DNA of 64,000 nt, taken from the NCBI GenBank assembly GCA_964436165.1, contig CAYTBY010000001.1, forward strand, positions 6,777-70,776. Reading direction: 5' to 3'. Every line of letters begins with the position of its first letter. The first letter of the stretch is position 1. Below, piece by piece: positions 39,201 through 47,056 of this stretch. The position numbers and the translations under genes are program-made. The DNA comes from an uncultured Candidatus Saccharibacteria bacterium (GTDB taxonomy: Bacteria > Patescibacteriota > Minisyncoccia > 2-02-FULL-40-12 > GWA2-44-9). The notes below the pieces were generated by a model, which ran no database searches, was not told where the DNA came from, and was given only the letters and a program-made list of their open reading frames with translations.

Positions 39201-39517
39201 GCAGACAAAATCGGACATAGACATTCACCTGTTACTGATTGCGCCCCCAAATTATATATTTCATCGGGTTTAACTTGATAAATAATTTTTCTGATAGTTC
39301 CTGAATCTGCCAAATCACCGTGATGCAAAAACAACCTCTTGTTTCTTTCGTGAGGATCCTGGTATAAGTGGTTGAGTCGGGAAGTATTAAAAGTCGAGGC
39401 TCTTCTGACTACTCCATGAACAAAATAGCCCTTCTTCAAGAGAAGCTCGGTAAGGTAGGAACCGTCTTGTCCTGTACAGCCAAAAACCAAAGCTATTTTA
39501 TTTTTGTTTTTTACCAT
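36299..39517 (-). CDS. gmd: GDP-mannose 4,6-dehydratase precursor containing two inteins
   Basis: GCTGQDGSYL, YNLGAQ|SHVKVSF, YQASSSEMFG, SPYGAAK, NHE|SPRRGETFVTRK, GNLDARRDWG. Exteins sum to 345 aa from ATG 39517. Confidence 0.95.
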   Translation of the reverse strand: MVKNKNKIALVFGCTGQDGSYLTELLLKKGYFVHGVVRRASTFNTSRLNHLYQDPHERNKRLFLHHGDLADSGTIRKIIYQVKPDEIYNLGAQSVTGECLCPILSAQKLEYRTLEDLWSEQVKKRGKVRVEKMDDTNVEVIDLSNNTQLRALGMWNGMGTFFPIKQISRHRWSGKVAKLSQKFGSVTVTPNHSVIDVTGKICRPSENPWLLNIRKLNYKPNRYRKSISLKLDGVYKFDNKYFWLDEHGLISKVLRKVKGDTLKSFCRFTGAFIAEGHTSFNKANKNWYVGISSNNKEWLKSLESDLKKFYVGSCWYVKHKKDNYKDVWELQIKSRALYNLLRKLLGENSKTKQLPYWFSQIEAKFLEEIWEKMCEGDGCINPGTGFRYTTNSYKLACQLSLLFTLLNYDYTVNEENNKNTGYHSVWHFRECTTYQPNQGNSKKLEWIDYNGWVYDITVAEVHNFAVGVGNIVVHNSHVKVSFEIPEYTMDITGNGALRVLEAIRDFQEDMGQRYAKGSGLASKKVKFYQASSSEMFGSSPPPQNEKTPFNPQSPYGAAKLFAYNMTNLYREAYGIFAVNGILFNHECITAQTPVIIRRGGLIDILPIEEIVPHREDPTKGKKYITMGNGGVEIWDGDKWSKIKTLTATWNEYGSSKDKKIKRVICRGGYYEATEDHISFLKGATEIKTGNLKPGDNLELKTLPPLQRITITTLEEAELLGMLVADGYISSDGKGRFINNTDNLRRRFADLWQKVSGGSSREDDHPSGFNPANKIKSTELRGNADYLRFIWKEIYTQKLFKRVPKRILNSNHEVVLAFLSGYNSCDGLRGGHQKTEFKSFTTNSSVLAASLWYLVKNTLELRMTLHPEFRKNYLYYHLNINSNQKTGKGKHLQRELTEIKLIKNHGYTGWLFDLETESNTFSAGIGLTWIHNSPRRGETFVTRKITRGIARIKAGLDKKLYLGNLDARRDWGYAPEFCEAMWLMMQQPKPDDYVIGTGETHTVREFVQLAFQEAGLGDYKKYVEIDPRYYRPAEVHHLIADSSKAKKMLGWQPKTKFKDLVKIMVWADINEKK
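36725..37759 (-). mobile_element. Intein 2 in gmd (345 aa, LAGLIDADG endonuclease)
   Basis: Starts CITAQT after NHE; block B ATEDHISF; LLGMLVADG and FLSGYNSCDG; ends LFDLET...IHN, followed by Ser+1. Confidence 0.92.
38093..39238 (-). mobile_element. Intein 1 in gmd (382 aa, LAGLIDADG endonuclease)
   Basis: Starts SVTGEC after AQ; block B VTPNHSV; GAFIAEG and CEGDG motifs; ends VYDITV...VVHN, followed by Ser+1. Confidence 0.9.
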
Positions 39518-39561
39518 AAGATTTAGGATAAATATTATCTGTTCAACTGACAATATTGACG

Positions 39562-39643
39562 CCCACACTCATCTGTTATCTAATTTTTAAATTACATTAC
39601 TTAAAAATTAAAACAAGGCCAGTAAACAGAATGAGTGTGGGGG
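39562..39643. repeat. Hairpin element with CCCACACTCAT/ATGAGTGTGGG ends flanked by TTGAC direct repeats
   Basis: cccacactcatctgtt...taatttttaa..ttaaaaatta...aacagaatgagtgtggg; TTGAC at 39556 and 39644. Confidence 0.6.
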
Positions 39644-39710
39644 TTGACATGGCAACTACAATCGTTTATACTATGTAAGTTTCAAGTTATTTTAAAAATA
39701 GGAAGGGGAT

Positions 39711-40190
39711 ATGGGCCAAGTAATAGCTGTGGGTGGTTTACAAACTGGCGGTGGGAATCTTATAAAACAGACACCCAAAGAAGAATTGTTGATTGAATTG
39801 CGTAGAATTAAGATGAATAATCTTTCCTCTGCCCAAGTCCAAAAGTTGTCTGATAATAAAAAAGTTTTTTGCAGATCTTTCAAGGAGCTTTGCTATTCCA
39901 GATTCGGGTTATCTCCTGATCAGTTAATACAGTTTAAGGATGAGCATTTAAAAGAACTGGATAATCTGCTGTTCGGAAGAGCCAAATGGGCGCGCTTACC
40001 CCCGTATTTAATTTTTTTAATCCCAGTATTTGGACAAGTTGCTTTTTTCGTTGCACGCAATGGAGTATTAGGGATTGGCAATCATGGACCATATTATGTT
40101 GCCCGTAAATTTCTTAAAAAAACTCTTGGTAAAGATTATTTTCCGATTGATGAGCTAAGGAAATATTTAGAGATGGAGGCCAAGCCATGA
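39711..40190 (+). CDS. Hypothetical membrane protein, island family A
   Basis: LIKQTPKEELL, FGLSPDQ, LIPVFG, RKFLKKTLGKDYFP shared with paralogs. Confidence 0.7.
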   Translation: MGQVIAVGGLQTGGGNLIKQTPKEELLIELRRIKMNNLSSAQVQKLSDNKKVFCRSFKELCYSRFGLSPDQLIQFKDEHLKELDNLLFGRAKWARLPPYLIFLIPVFGQVAFFVARNGVLGIGNHGPYYVARKFLKKTLGKDYFPIDELRKYLEMEAKP

Positions 40191-40741
40191 CGGTAAGATA
40201 TAACTCACCGATCATTTTAACCTTTGCTCTTATATCAACAGCAGTTCTCGCCATTTTCATGGCTACCGGTACTACATTCTACCATCTGTTTACTGCGCCG
40301 ACAGATTTCAGGATTTTTTCTCCGTTTACCTACTTTTGCCTGGTGTCGCATATTTTCGGCCATAAAGACTGGAATCACCTCTTGAGTAATTTCATGATAA
40401 TACTGCTCATCGGCCCGCTGGTAGAAGAAAAATATTCTTCGATCGTGCTTTTACTGATGATTCTGATCACGGCCATGGTAACCGGAATTCTAAATATTAT
40501 CCTTTTTTCTACCAGTTTAATGGGAGCGAGCGGTATTGCTTTCATGTTAATTATCCTGGGTTCTTTGACTAATATTAGAAGGAAAGAAGTGCCTCTGACG
40601 TTTTTGCTGGTCATCGCTATTTTTATAGGCGGTGAAGTGCTTAACAGTTTACAGGCAGATAATATTTCTCAATTTGCCCATGTCTTAGGCGGAGTGTGCG
40701 GAGCCGGTTTCGGGCTTACCTTTGCTAAAAAATCTTATTAA
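40187..40741 (+). CDS. Rhomboid family intramembrane serine protease
   Basis: H.FGH..W.HL.SN, GASG, SQFAHVLGG..G. Confidence 0.88.
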   Translation: MTVRYNSPIILTFALISTAVLAIFMATGTTFYHLFTAPTDFRIFSPFTYFCLVSHIFGHKDWNHLLSNFMIILLIGPLVEEKYSSIVLLLMILITAMVTGILNIILFSTSLMGASGIAFMLIILGSLTNIRRKEVPLTFLLVIAIFIGGEVLNSLQADNISQFAHVLGGVCGAGFGLTFAKKSY

Positions 40742-40753
40742 GTCGTATTTCAT

Positions 40754-40778
40754 TTCCGGGCTAAGGCCCGGAGTTTTT
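40754..40778 (+). terminator. Rho-independent terminator
   Basis: tccgggc-taag-gcccgga-gttttt. Confidence 0.7.
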
Positions 40779-40851
40779 GTAAATGTTGACGACAAATACA
40801 TTTAGTGTATAATATGGCCATCATAAGTTGTTTGAAAAGGGAGAACAAAAG

Positions 40852-41433
40852 ATGTCTAGCAAACTGACTTTGCAGAAAGAGCAAACTGGCCGTTTGATTT
40901 TAGACGGACCTCAGGAAGTAATAAGTTCAAGTCTTGCCAGGTTCAGAGATCTGAATAAAGAAGAAGCCACTAAAGCCGCTCAAGAGGCAACTATTGCACA
41001 TAAAGAAAGTGTAATCAAGAACGCCCAACGAGAAAAAGAATTATATGCCATGAACTTCATGGCTTGCTTTCAGCGTTTTTCACGGATAAATAGCGATCAG
41101 TTTAGAGATATTGTTACCAAGCTGAAAGATAGTGAAATGAGCGCCCTAGAAGATGTAGTAGCTAAAACAATGTATAGGCGAGCCTTTCTGTCATTGAGTT
41201 TCATTTCTCTGGTGTTGATTTCCGGCCTTTCCTGTTTTCTTTACTATTCTTCTAACGATAATTCAGGTTTAGCGACGATGTCATTATTCTTGTCTCTAAT
41301 AACCTTAGGCTTCTTTTTTACAGATACCACTTCTTCAAGAGCCCTCCTTTTTAAAAGGAGAAAATTAAAGAAAATATATGGCCAAAACTACTTTCCATAT
41401 CAGGAATTAAAAAATAAGCTAGAACTAAAATAA
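40852..41433 (+). CDS. Hypothetical membrane protein, island family A
   Basis: RLILDGPQE, SEMSALEDVV, two TM helices, RRKLKKIYGQNYFP; GGGAG SD before ATG 40852. Confidence 0.65.
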   Translation: MSSKLTLQKEQTGRLILDGPQEVISSSLARFRDLNKEEATKAAQEATIAHKESVIKNAQREKELYAMNFMACFQRFSRINSDQFRDIVTKLKDSEMSALEDVVAKTMYRRAFLSLSFISLVLISGLSCFLYYSSNDNSGLATMSLFLSLITLGFFFTDTTSSRALLFKRRKLKKIYGQNYFPYQELKNKLELK

Positions 41434-41449
41434 TAAAAACGATAAAATC

Positions 41450-41478
41450 AAAAAGCCCCGCCTTGACGGGGCTGTTTT
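41450..41478. terminator. Bidirectional terminator
   Basis: aaaaagccccg-ccttga-cggggctgtttt between convergent genes. Confidence 0.7.
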
Positions 41479-41479
41479 A

Positions 41480-42514
41480 TTAGTTAGCTTGAGCGGAAAC
41501 GGAAACATCAATTATTTCTGCTTCGGCTGGATTTAACATTTTTGTTTGAACCGAAGCTGATTCCAGGGCTAAAGTCCTCTTTCTGTCCTCGCTTGCCAAG
41601 AGCTTCAGTTTCTCGTCAATTCTCCGACTCCCTGTTTCTAAGAGCTTCTGCATATCGGCCGAGACGATAGAGTGGTCGCGGCATTTTCTGACCGCATCCA
41701 GGGCGTTATCAATGGCCCTGATAGAAATATCGCATGTTGTCACCAGAGCATCTCTTCCCGAATACATTATATCGCCTGCCTCAACTAGGGTCTTGGCCGT
41801 ATCTCTAATCGCGGCAAATGGCTTATAAACATTGACAAAGTTATAGTATTCGCCAGCCGCGGCTTCACAAACTTCAAGACTGGCGTAACAGGCCTTAACC
41901 CCGAATATTACCAGGGCTCTACCCTGAGAGAGGTTGTCCTCAAGCTGTTGAAGAAGTCTTTTTCTGCGGTTTTCTTTTTCTTCCTCGCCAAGAACATTGA
42001 ACTTATCATCAAGAAGTTCTGCTATTTCTTCGTCTACTTCAATATCGGCCTGTCTGAATATATATTCATGGAGCTCTCGGGCATTCAAATTTTTTTCTCG
42101 GGCTTCTTCAATATCTGCTTTTTGGGCTTCAATCTCTAGCCCTTTTTCTCTGATGGCATGAGTCAGGTTCTTGGTTGCCATCTGAACGTTGGTTACTCTG
42201 GTTCGATATTCTCCTTCGGCGGCCTCAAGGGCATCTAGTTCTTCGGCTATCATCTTGGTTAGGGGAGCAGGCAGTTTGTGATAAAAACTCTGAGGAATTA
42301 TCAGGTGCAGTCCTCTGGCCAGCCAGCTCTTGGTCCGGTTGGCCGGCAGTTTAAGGATCTGCCTGATGTAATCGTTCAATTCTACAAATTCATCCCGGCT
42401 TCTTTTGACCTCTCTTATTGATTCCTGCAAGGCCCGGTCAGATGCTGACTTAAGGGTTCTTTCCCTGGCTAGTGACGAATTTCTTTTTCCCGAACTGACG
42501 AGTTCTAGCGGCAT
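41480..42514 (-). CDS. Hypothetical alpha-helical/coiled-coil protein
   Basis: 344 aa, rich in E/A/L/R/K, AGGAGG SD; no catalytic motif recognised. Confidence 0.7.
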   Translation of the reverse strand: MPLELVSSGKRNSSLARERTLKSASDRALQESIREVKRSRDEFVELNDYIRQILKLPANRTKSWLARGLHLIIPQSFYHKLPAPLTKMIAEELDALEAAEGEYRTRVTNVQMATKNLTHAIREKGLEIEAQKADIEEAREKNLNARELHEYIFRQADIEVDEEIAELLDDKFNVLGEEEKENRRKRLLQQLEDNLSQGRALVIFGVKACYASLEVCEAAAGEYYNFVNVYKPFAAIRDTAKTLVEAGDIMYSGRDALVTTCDISIRAIDNALDAVRKCRDHSIVSADMQKLLETGSRRIDEKLKLLASEDRKRTLALESASVQTKMLNPAEAEIIDVSVSAQAN

Positions 42515-42532
42515 GTCTGTTCCTCCTTTTTA

Positions 42533-43048
42533 TTACCTTTCTTGAATCTTCAAGTCGGGACAAAAGTTTTTACCGGATAGTGTTCGTATTTTTTTATACC
42601 AATAACAGTATCTGTTATTTTTATATTGGGCATCTTTGCCATAATTTATTTTGTCCATCATGCGTGCGCTACCTTCGCCAGTGATAGTAACTGCTAAAAT
42701 CAACCATCCAAAGAGGGGAATACACAGCAAGATGCCTGTTTGAATAAAACTGGGTATTTTTGACCGTTCATAGATAATCGCCGCTAGTTCATTCAGGTCG
42801 TCTTGTTCTAACTTCTGTAGTTGTTCCAGCGAAACACCCAACTTACTCCAGCAAAGCTGTATAAATAAACGGCTTAGGCCATCCCTTAGCACGTTGTAAT
42901 ATACTATTTCTTTTGCCGTCATATTCTCCGTTTTAAAGGAGTGTAATCTTGTTAATAATGCCTCGCGTTTGGTTTGCAGAATTAGGGCTCGGCTCGTTTC
43001 CTGACTTTTTGTAACGCCAGTCTGTCCTATAGTTAGGGCCTGTTCCAT
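42533..43048 (-). CDS. Hypothetical membrane protein, island family A
   Basis: ALILQTKREALL, LGVSLEQL, CIPLFG, SGKNFCP. Confidence 0.65.
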   Translation of the reverse strand: MEQALTIGQTGVTKSQETSRALILQTKREALLTRLHSFKTENMTAKEIVYYNVLRDGLSRLFIQLCWSKLGVSLEQLQKLEQDDLNELAAIIYERSKIPSFIQTGILLCIPLFGWLILAVTITGEGSARMMDKINYGKDAQYKNNRYCYWYKKIRTLSGKNFCPDLKIQER

Positions 43049-43049
43049 T

Positions 43050-43349
43050 TTATTTCTCTTCCTTTACTTCAGTTTTCTGGAGGGACCTAAGGACGGCTTC
43101 AGTTGTCCTGCTTACCGATTTGCCCGTGTATTCCATAGCCTCGTCGTGGCTAAAGTTTGCCTTTATCAGGGCATTATATTGCTCTCTGATTCTTCCGGCT
43201 AAACGTAGATCGGGATCAATAGCTTCATGAAAGTTCTGAACGATAGTTGTCTTTAGCCGGCCAAGCTTGGCTTTTAGCACTCTCTTGGTTATTTCGACGG
43301 CCAGATCCAGATCTTCTTTTGTAAAGGGACTTTCAGTTGTTGATGCCAT
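43050..43349 (-). CDS. Hypothetical protein
   Basis: AGGAGG SD before ATG 43349 (MASTTES...); first gene of a minus-strand operon. Confidence 0.6.
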   Translation of the reverse strand: MASTTESPFTKEDLDLAVEITKRVLKAKLGRLKTTIVQNFHEAIDPDLRLAGRIREQYNALIKANFSHDEAMEYTGKSVSRTTEAVLRSLQKTEVKEEK

Positions 43350-43507
43350 GGTTCCTCCTTTTCTCTTTTGGAAACGGACACCACTCAAACCGTGGCCACA
43401 TGTTATTATATTACTTAAGATATGTCAAGAGGTCAATATTGACTTATTACCCTACATTTGTTATATATTCAGCCATAAGTTCTTCGACAACTTAGTAGGA
43501 GTTGAAG

Positions 43508-44062
43508 ATGGAGACAGCCATGCAACTTATTAAAAGCACTTGTTTTGAGCAACTATTGCAAAATATTCGGCAGGAAGAATTAAGGAGAATGGAATCAGAA
43601 CGATTAAAACAGGAGAAAGATAAAAACCATGAGCTTATTAACAGATCATTTCGTGTAATTTATTTATCGGTCATGTCATCATATTTCTATTTAAGACGTG
43701 TGCACAATATGCCAGAAAGACCTCTTACGCTTCAGGAGTTTGAAGCTGTTACTGAACATCTAAAAAAAATAGGCGGACAAACCGTTAAAAAATTTAGACA
43801 TAGATTAGTTCACGCCTTCCGGATTGATACGGCTTGGCATTATTATCTAAAGCATGGCCATTTTCCAGAGAAGAAAACTCCTTTCGGAAGGTGGTACGAT
43901 AATCACCCACTCATTGGTTTTAACCATTTTGATCCTTTTGCGGATCGTAAAAGTTATCGGGACGATTATAATTATAGTATTCCACCTAATATAGATGCAT
44001 TGATTAGAGAAATAAAGGATAAACAACTTGGCCAATGCGAGTCAGAAAGGAAGGGGGAGTGA
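43508..44062 (+). CDS. Hypothetical protein, island family B
   Basis: LIKSTCFEQL, SYFYLRRVHNM, WHYYLKHG, TPFGRWY, FDPF, IPPN. Confidence 0.7.
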   Translation: METAMQLIKSTCFEQLLQNIRQEELRRMESERLKQEKDKNHELINRSFRVIYLSVMSSYFYLRRVHNMPERPLTLQEFEAVTEHLKKIGGQTVKKFRHRLVHAFRIDTAWHYYLKHGHFPEKKTPFGRWYDNHPLIGFNHFDPFADRKSYRDDYNYSIPPNIDALIREIKDKQLGQCESERKGE

Positions 44063-44577
44063 TGGAAACGATAGCGTTAATTAAGTCGACGGCATTTGAG
44101 GGCTTGGTCTCTAAATACCGAGAGGAACAAGAGAAGTATTCGAATTCAGACCTGAATATAGGTCGGGTTAATATAATTACTCGGCAAGTAAAGACCGCTT
44201 ATAATTTTCTGTGTAAATTTGGCAAGCCCCACTCCAGTATGACTTTTGATGAATTTGAAGTGACTGATGGTGAAATAAAAAGAATTCAGCAAGACGAGCT
44301 TCGTATAAATGAAGAGAACCTAAAGGAAACACCGTTTTTTAGGTTCATTAAAAGGCACTCAATATCACAAACGATTTCTAAGAGTCGTTATATTCTTAAA
44401 TGTGGCTATTATCCAGCTTTTTACAAGAATACCTTTTTGGGCCAGTGGACTAATTATAGAGAAGAAGTTCCCCTTAACTTACCAGAGCTAGTGAAAGAGA
44501 TTTGTTTGGCTCGTTGGTGTGTCAGTATCAAACCAGAAGAGATTAACCGTTATAATGAAAACGATAGTCAGAGTTAA
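44062..44577 (+). CDS. Hypothetical protein, island family B (divergent)
   Basis: LIKSTAFEGL, AYNFL, TFDEFE, GYYP..YKNTFLGQW; TGATG coupling with the upstream gene. Confidence 0.6.
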   Translation: METIALIKSTAFEGLVSKYREEQEKYSNSDLNIGRVNIITRQVKTAYNFLCKFGKPHSSMTFDEFEVTDGEIKRIQQDELRINEENLKETPFFRFIKRHSISQTISKSRYILKCGYYPAFYKNTFLGQWTNYREEVPLNLPELVKEICLARWCVSIKPEEINRYNENDSQS

Positions 44578-44634
44578 TGAATTGAACCCAAACACATCAC
44601 ATCTATCTACAGAACCAGAAAGGAGCGCAGAGTG

Positions 44635-45165
44635 ATGGAAACAGCAGTTCAGACAAGGGAAGAGTCAAAACTGATTCTGCCTTCAGGAACGGAAAAATTG
44701 ATGGCCAGAGTCAGGGTCTTAGAGGCCCAGGCATTAAGCGCGAGAAGTGCCGAAATATCAGGAGAATATAAGGGCCAATATAAATTTGCCCTCAGTAGGC
44801 TTGCTCGAAGGTGGCTATCTTTAAAGGAAATTGGTCAATTATCAGAAGAAGAGTACTCAGCGCTGGATTTTATTGTTTATAAAAAATCAGTTCGTCAGTT
44901 AACAATCTGGGGCTTGGCAAATACAGTTATTCTTATTGCGGGGACTTGCCCAGTATTATTGATTCCTGGTTTTGGAACATCCGTGCTGATTTTTATTGTC
45001 TTAGTACTCCTTGCGATGGCTAATGGGCTTTACTTTGATCCTGATCCTAAGAATCCTATGTCGTTCGGAAATTCTATATTTAAATTCTTGAGAGCAAGAA
45101 GGTTTTTGAAAGAACAAGGTTGTCTTGGCCTGGAAATTAAAAATGATGCCAACAGCAGAAGTTAA
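44635..45165 (+). CDS. Hypothetical membrane protein, island family A
   Basis: KLILPSGTE, QLSEEEYSALDFIVY, LIPGFG, RRFLK; AAGGAG SD. Confidence 0.6.
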   Translation: METAVQTREESKLILPSGTEKLMARVRVLEAQALSARSAEISGEYKGQYKFALSRLARRWLSLKEIGQLSEEEYSALDFIVYKKSVRQLTIWGLANTVILIAGTCPVLLIPGFGTSVLIFIVLVLLAMANGLYFDPDPKNPMSFGNSIFKFLRARRFLKEQGCLGLEIKNDANSRS

Positions 45166-45841
45166 TCAATCTGCCCCTCTTTTTCTTAACCCGGCTGAGT
45201 CTATCATCAGGTCAGACAATATATTATTTAAGTTACGAGCAAAACTGGAAAGTAAAAAATCACCAAAACTTCTGGCCTCTGTAGTTTATTGTCTAGCCCT
45301 TAAAGCTCAAAAGAAAATATTGGCCTATCTCAACGATGATGATTTTTTCTGCCAAGTATTGTGGGATTCAAGGATCGGTTTACCGAGTTCTCCCTCGCTG
45401 GCGGCAGATGTGGCCAAATGCGCAGAGGTATTTGATTTGTCTCCAGAACTGAAATCATTGCTAAATTCTTTGTCCGGCTGGGTTCTTTTTAAAAAAGAAC
45501 AAATGCCATGTTGCTGTGGAGGCAAAGAAAGAATGGTGGATATAGATATTATGATGAATACTATCCTGAAAGTCGAAAACAGCAGTTTGACCGTAAAGTT
45601 TCTTGTCGGAGTAAAAAGCGATGATCAAGACCATCTCGAAAAGCATTATAAGACAAAGAGGCAGAGCAAGGTTGATAGCGGTTTAATTATTATTTTTACT
45701 TGTGAGAATCAAATTACGGCATCAAGCGACGGCCTAATGCCGGTAATAGAATCGATGGATTTCAGTCATGATGAACAGTTACATGTCCCAGAGCTTGAGA
45801 AAAATATTTGGAGCGCAGTCGCTTCAATGGCGGAGTCATAA
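45143..45841 (+). CDS. Hypothetical protein, weak resemblance to GxxExxY/PD-(D/E)XK fold
   Basis: VDIDIM...VENSSLTVKF...SGLIIIF loosely echoes D-l-V-E-N...GLLINF; catalytic residues not clearly conserved. Confidence 0.35.
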   Translation: MMPTAEVNQSAPLFLNPAESIIRSDNILFKLRAKLESKKSPKLLASVVYCLALKAQKKILAYLNDDDFFCQVLWDSRIGLPSSPSLAADVAKCAEVFDLSPELKSLLNSLSGWVLFKKEQMPCCCGGKERMVDIDIMMNTILKVENSSLTVKFLVGVKSDDQDHLEKHYKTKRQSKVDSGLIIIFTCENQITASSDGLMPVIESMDFSHDEQLHVPELEKNIWSAVASMAES

Positions 45842-45953
45842 GACCCCGCTTTTTGTTTGTAAATTTTAATAAAACCCGTACTTGACATTGAGTCAATATT
45901 TTGTTATCAATTTTTCAGTGAATGTGTTGGTCCCTTAACAAAAAGGACTCCAG

Positions 45954-46367
45954 ATGGAAACAGGAACCCTTATTAAGCAGACTATCGAGGAACAGGTGTT
46001 TATCAAGATAAACGTGATGAGACAGAACGAGCTGACCGCAAAACAAGCGAATGAGATTGAAAAGCTGGAAGGACGTATTAAGTGTGATTTCTTTCTTCTA
46101 GTATGGAAATATTTTGGTATTAGTGAATGTCAGGCAAAGCAATTCTCGGACCAGGAGCTCAAGGCCTTATTTTTTATTGTTCATAAAAAAGCTGAAAAAA
46201 CAGCTGTGTATATAAAAACACTATCTGCTATTACGGTGGTCGGTTGGTTTATGGTCAATTCTTATGGTGCTGGTTCAGATACGGTAGATTTTACAAATTC
46301 CGTCCGAAAACTTAAGAAAAAGTTGGGTAATAGTTTTGATCCGGTTAAAATATTACGTTCTATATAA
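45954..46367 (+). CDS. Hypothetical membrane protein, island family A
   Basis: LIKQTIEE, FGISECQAKQFSDQELKAL, RKLKKKLGNSFDP. Confidence 0.7.
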   Translation: METGTLIKQTIEEQVFIKINVMRQNELTAKQANEIEKLEGRIKCDFFLLVWKYFGISECQAKQFSDQELKALFFIVHKKAEKTAVYIKTLSAITVVGWFMVNSYGAGSDTVDFTNSVRKLKKKLGNSFDPVKILRSI

Positions 46368-46379
46368 GGAGGAACAAAA

Positions 46380-46964
46380 ATGACTGAAACCGAACTGGCT
46401 CTTTCGGAGAGTAATATTGACGGACGGCTTATTAAGAGTACTCGTTTTGAAGGTATTTTGGCCAATATCAAGGCTGAACAGGATAAGCACAATCAGGAAA
46501 TGTTGAAGGAATTTGAAAAAAATAAAACAAATGAACTGGTTCAGAATGAATTTCGTAAAATATTCAGATCAATTATGTCGATATATTTCTATTTAAGGAA
46601 GGTTCACAATATGGACAGAAGGGATTTATCTATTGAAGAATATGAGGCGACTAGAGATCATTTGAAAGAAATGGGAGTTAGAGAAGTAAATAAATTAAGG
46701 AACAGATTATTCGGTTCCTTGGGGATAAAAACCGGGTGGCATTATTATTTGGAATATGGATATTTCAAAATTGGCCGAACTCCTTTCGGGTGGTGGTATA
46801 GGTCTCATCCGCTATTTAGCCATGAAGGGTTTGATCCGTTTGAGAGATCTGATCAATTTAGTTCTGGTACCGGTAATTATAGTTATTGCATACCCCCCAA
46901 CATGAAAGTTTTAATGGAGGAATTATTTAAGAAACAAAGTTGCGGAGGAAAGGATTCAAATTGA
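46380..46964 (+). CDS. Hypothetical protein, island family B
   Basis: LIKSTRFEGIL, IYFYLRKVHNM, WHYYLEYG, TPFGWWY, FDPF, IPPN; clear paralog of 43508. Confidence 0.7.
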   Translation: MTETELALSESNIDGRLIKSTRFEGILANIKAEQDKHNQEMLKEFEKNKTNELVQNEFRKIFRSIMSIYFYLRKVHNMDRRDLSIEEYEATRDHLKEMGVREVNKLRNRLFGSLGIKTGWHYYLEYGYFKIGRTPFGWWYRSHPLFSHEGFDPFERSDQFSSGTGNYSYCIPPNMKVLMEELFKKQSCGGKDSN

Positions 46965-46996
46965 ATGCCATTTAAGATTAACCGAGTTGATTATCA

Positions 46997-47020
46997 GCGG
47001 AGCACTAAGCTCCGTTTTTT
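46997..47020 (+). terminator. Rho-independent terminator
   Basis: cggagc-actaa-gctccg-tttttt. Confidence 0.7.
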
Positions 47021-47056
47021 ATTGAGTAAAGCCCAGGTTTCTGTTATTTTTATAAG

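Noticed and set aside
36299-39568. gmd as a fusion protein or pseudogene
   Set aside because: The extra length is fully explained by two in-frame inteins with canonical junctions.
39711-46964. Prophage or integron cassette array
   Set aside because: No structural phage genes, integrase or attC-like repeats; genes are on both strands with their own promoters and terminators.
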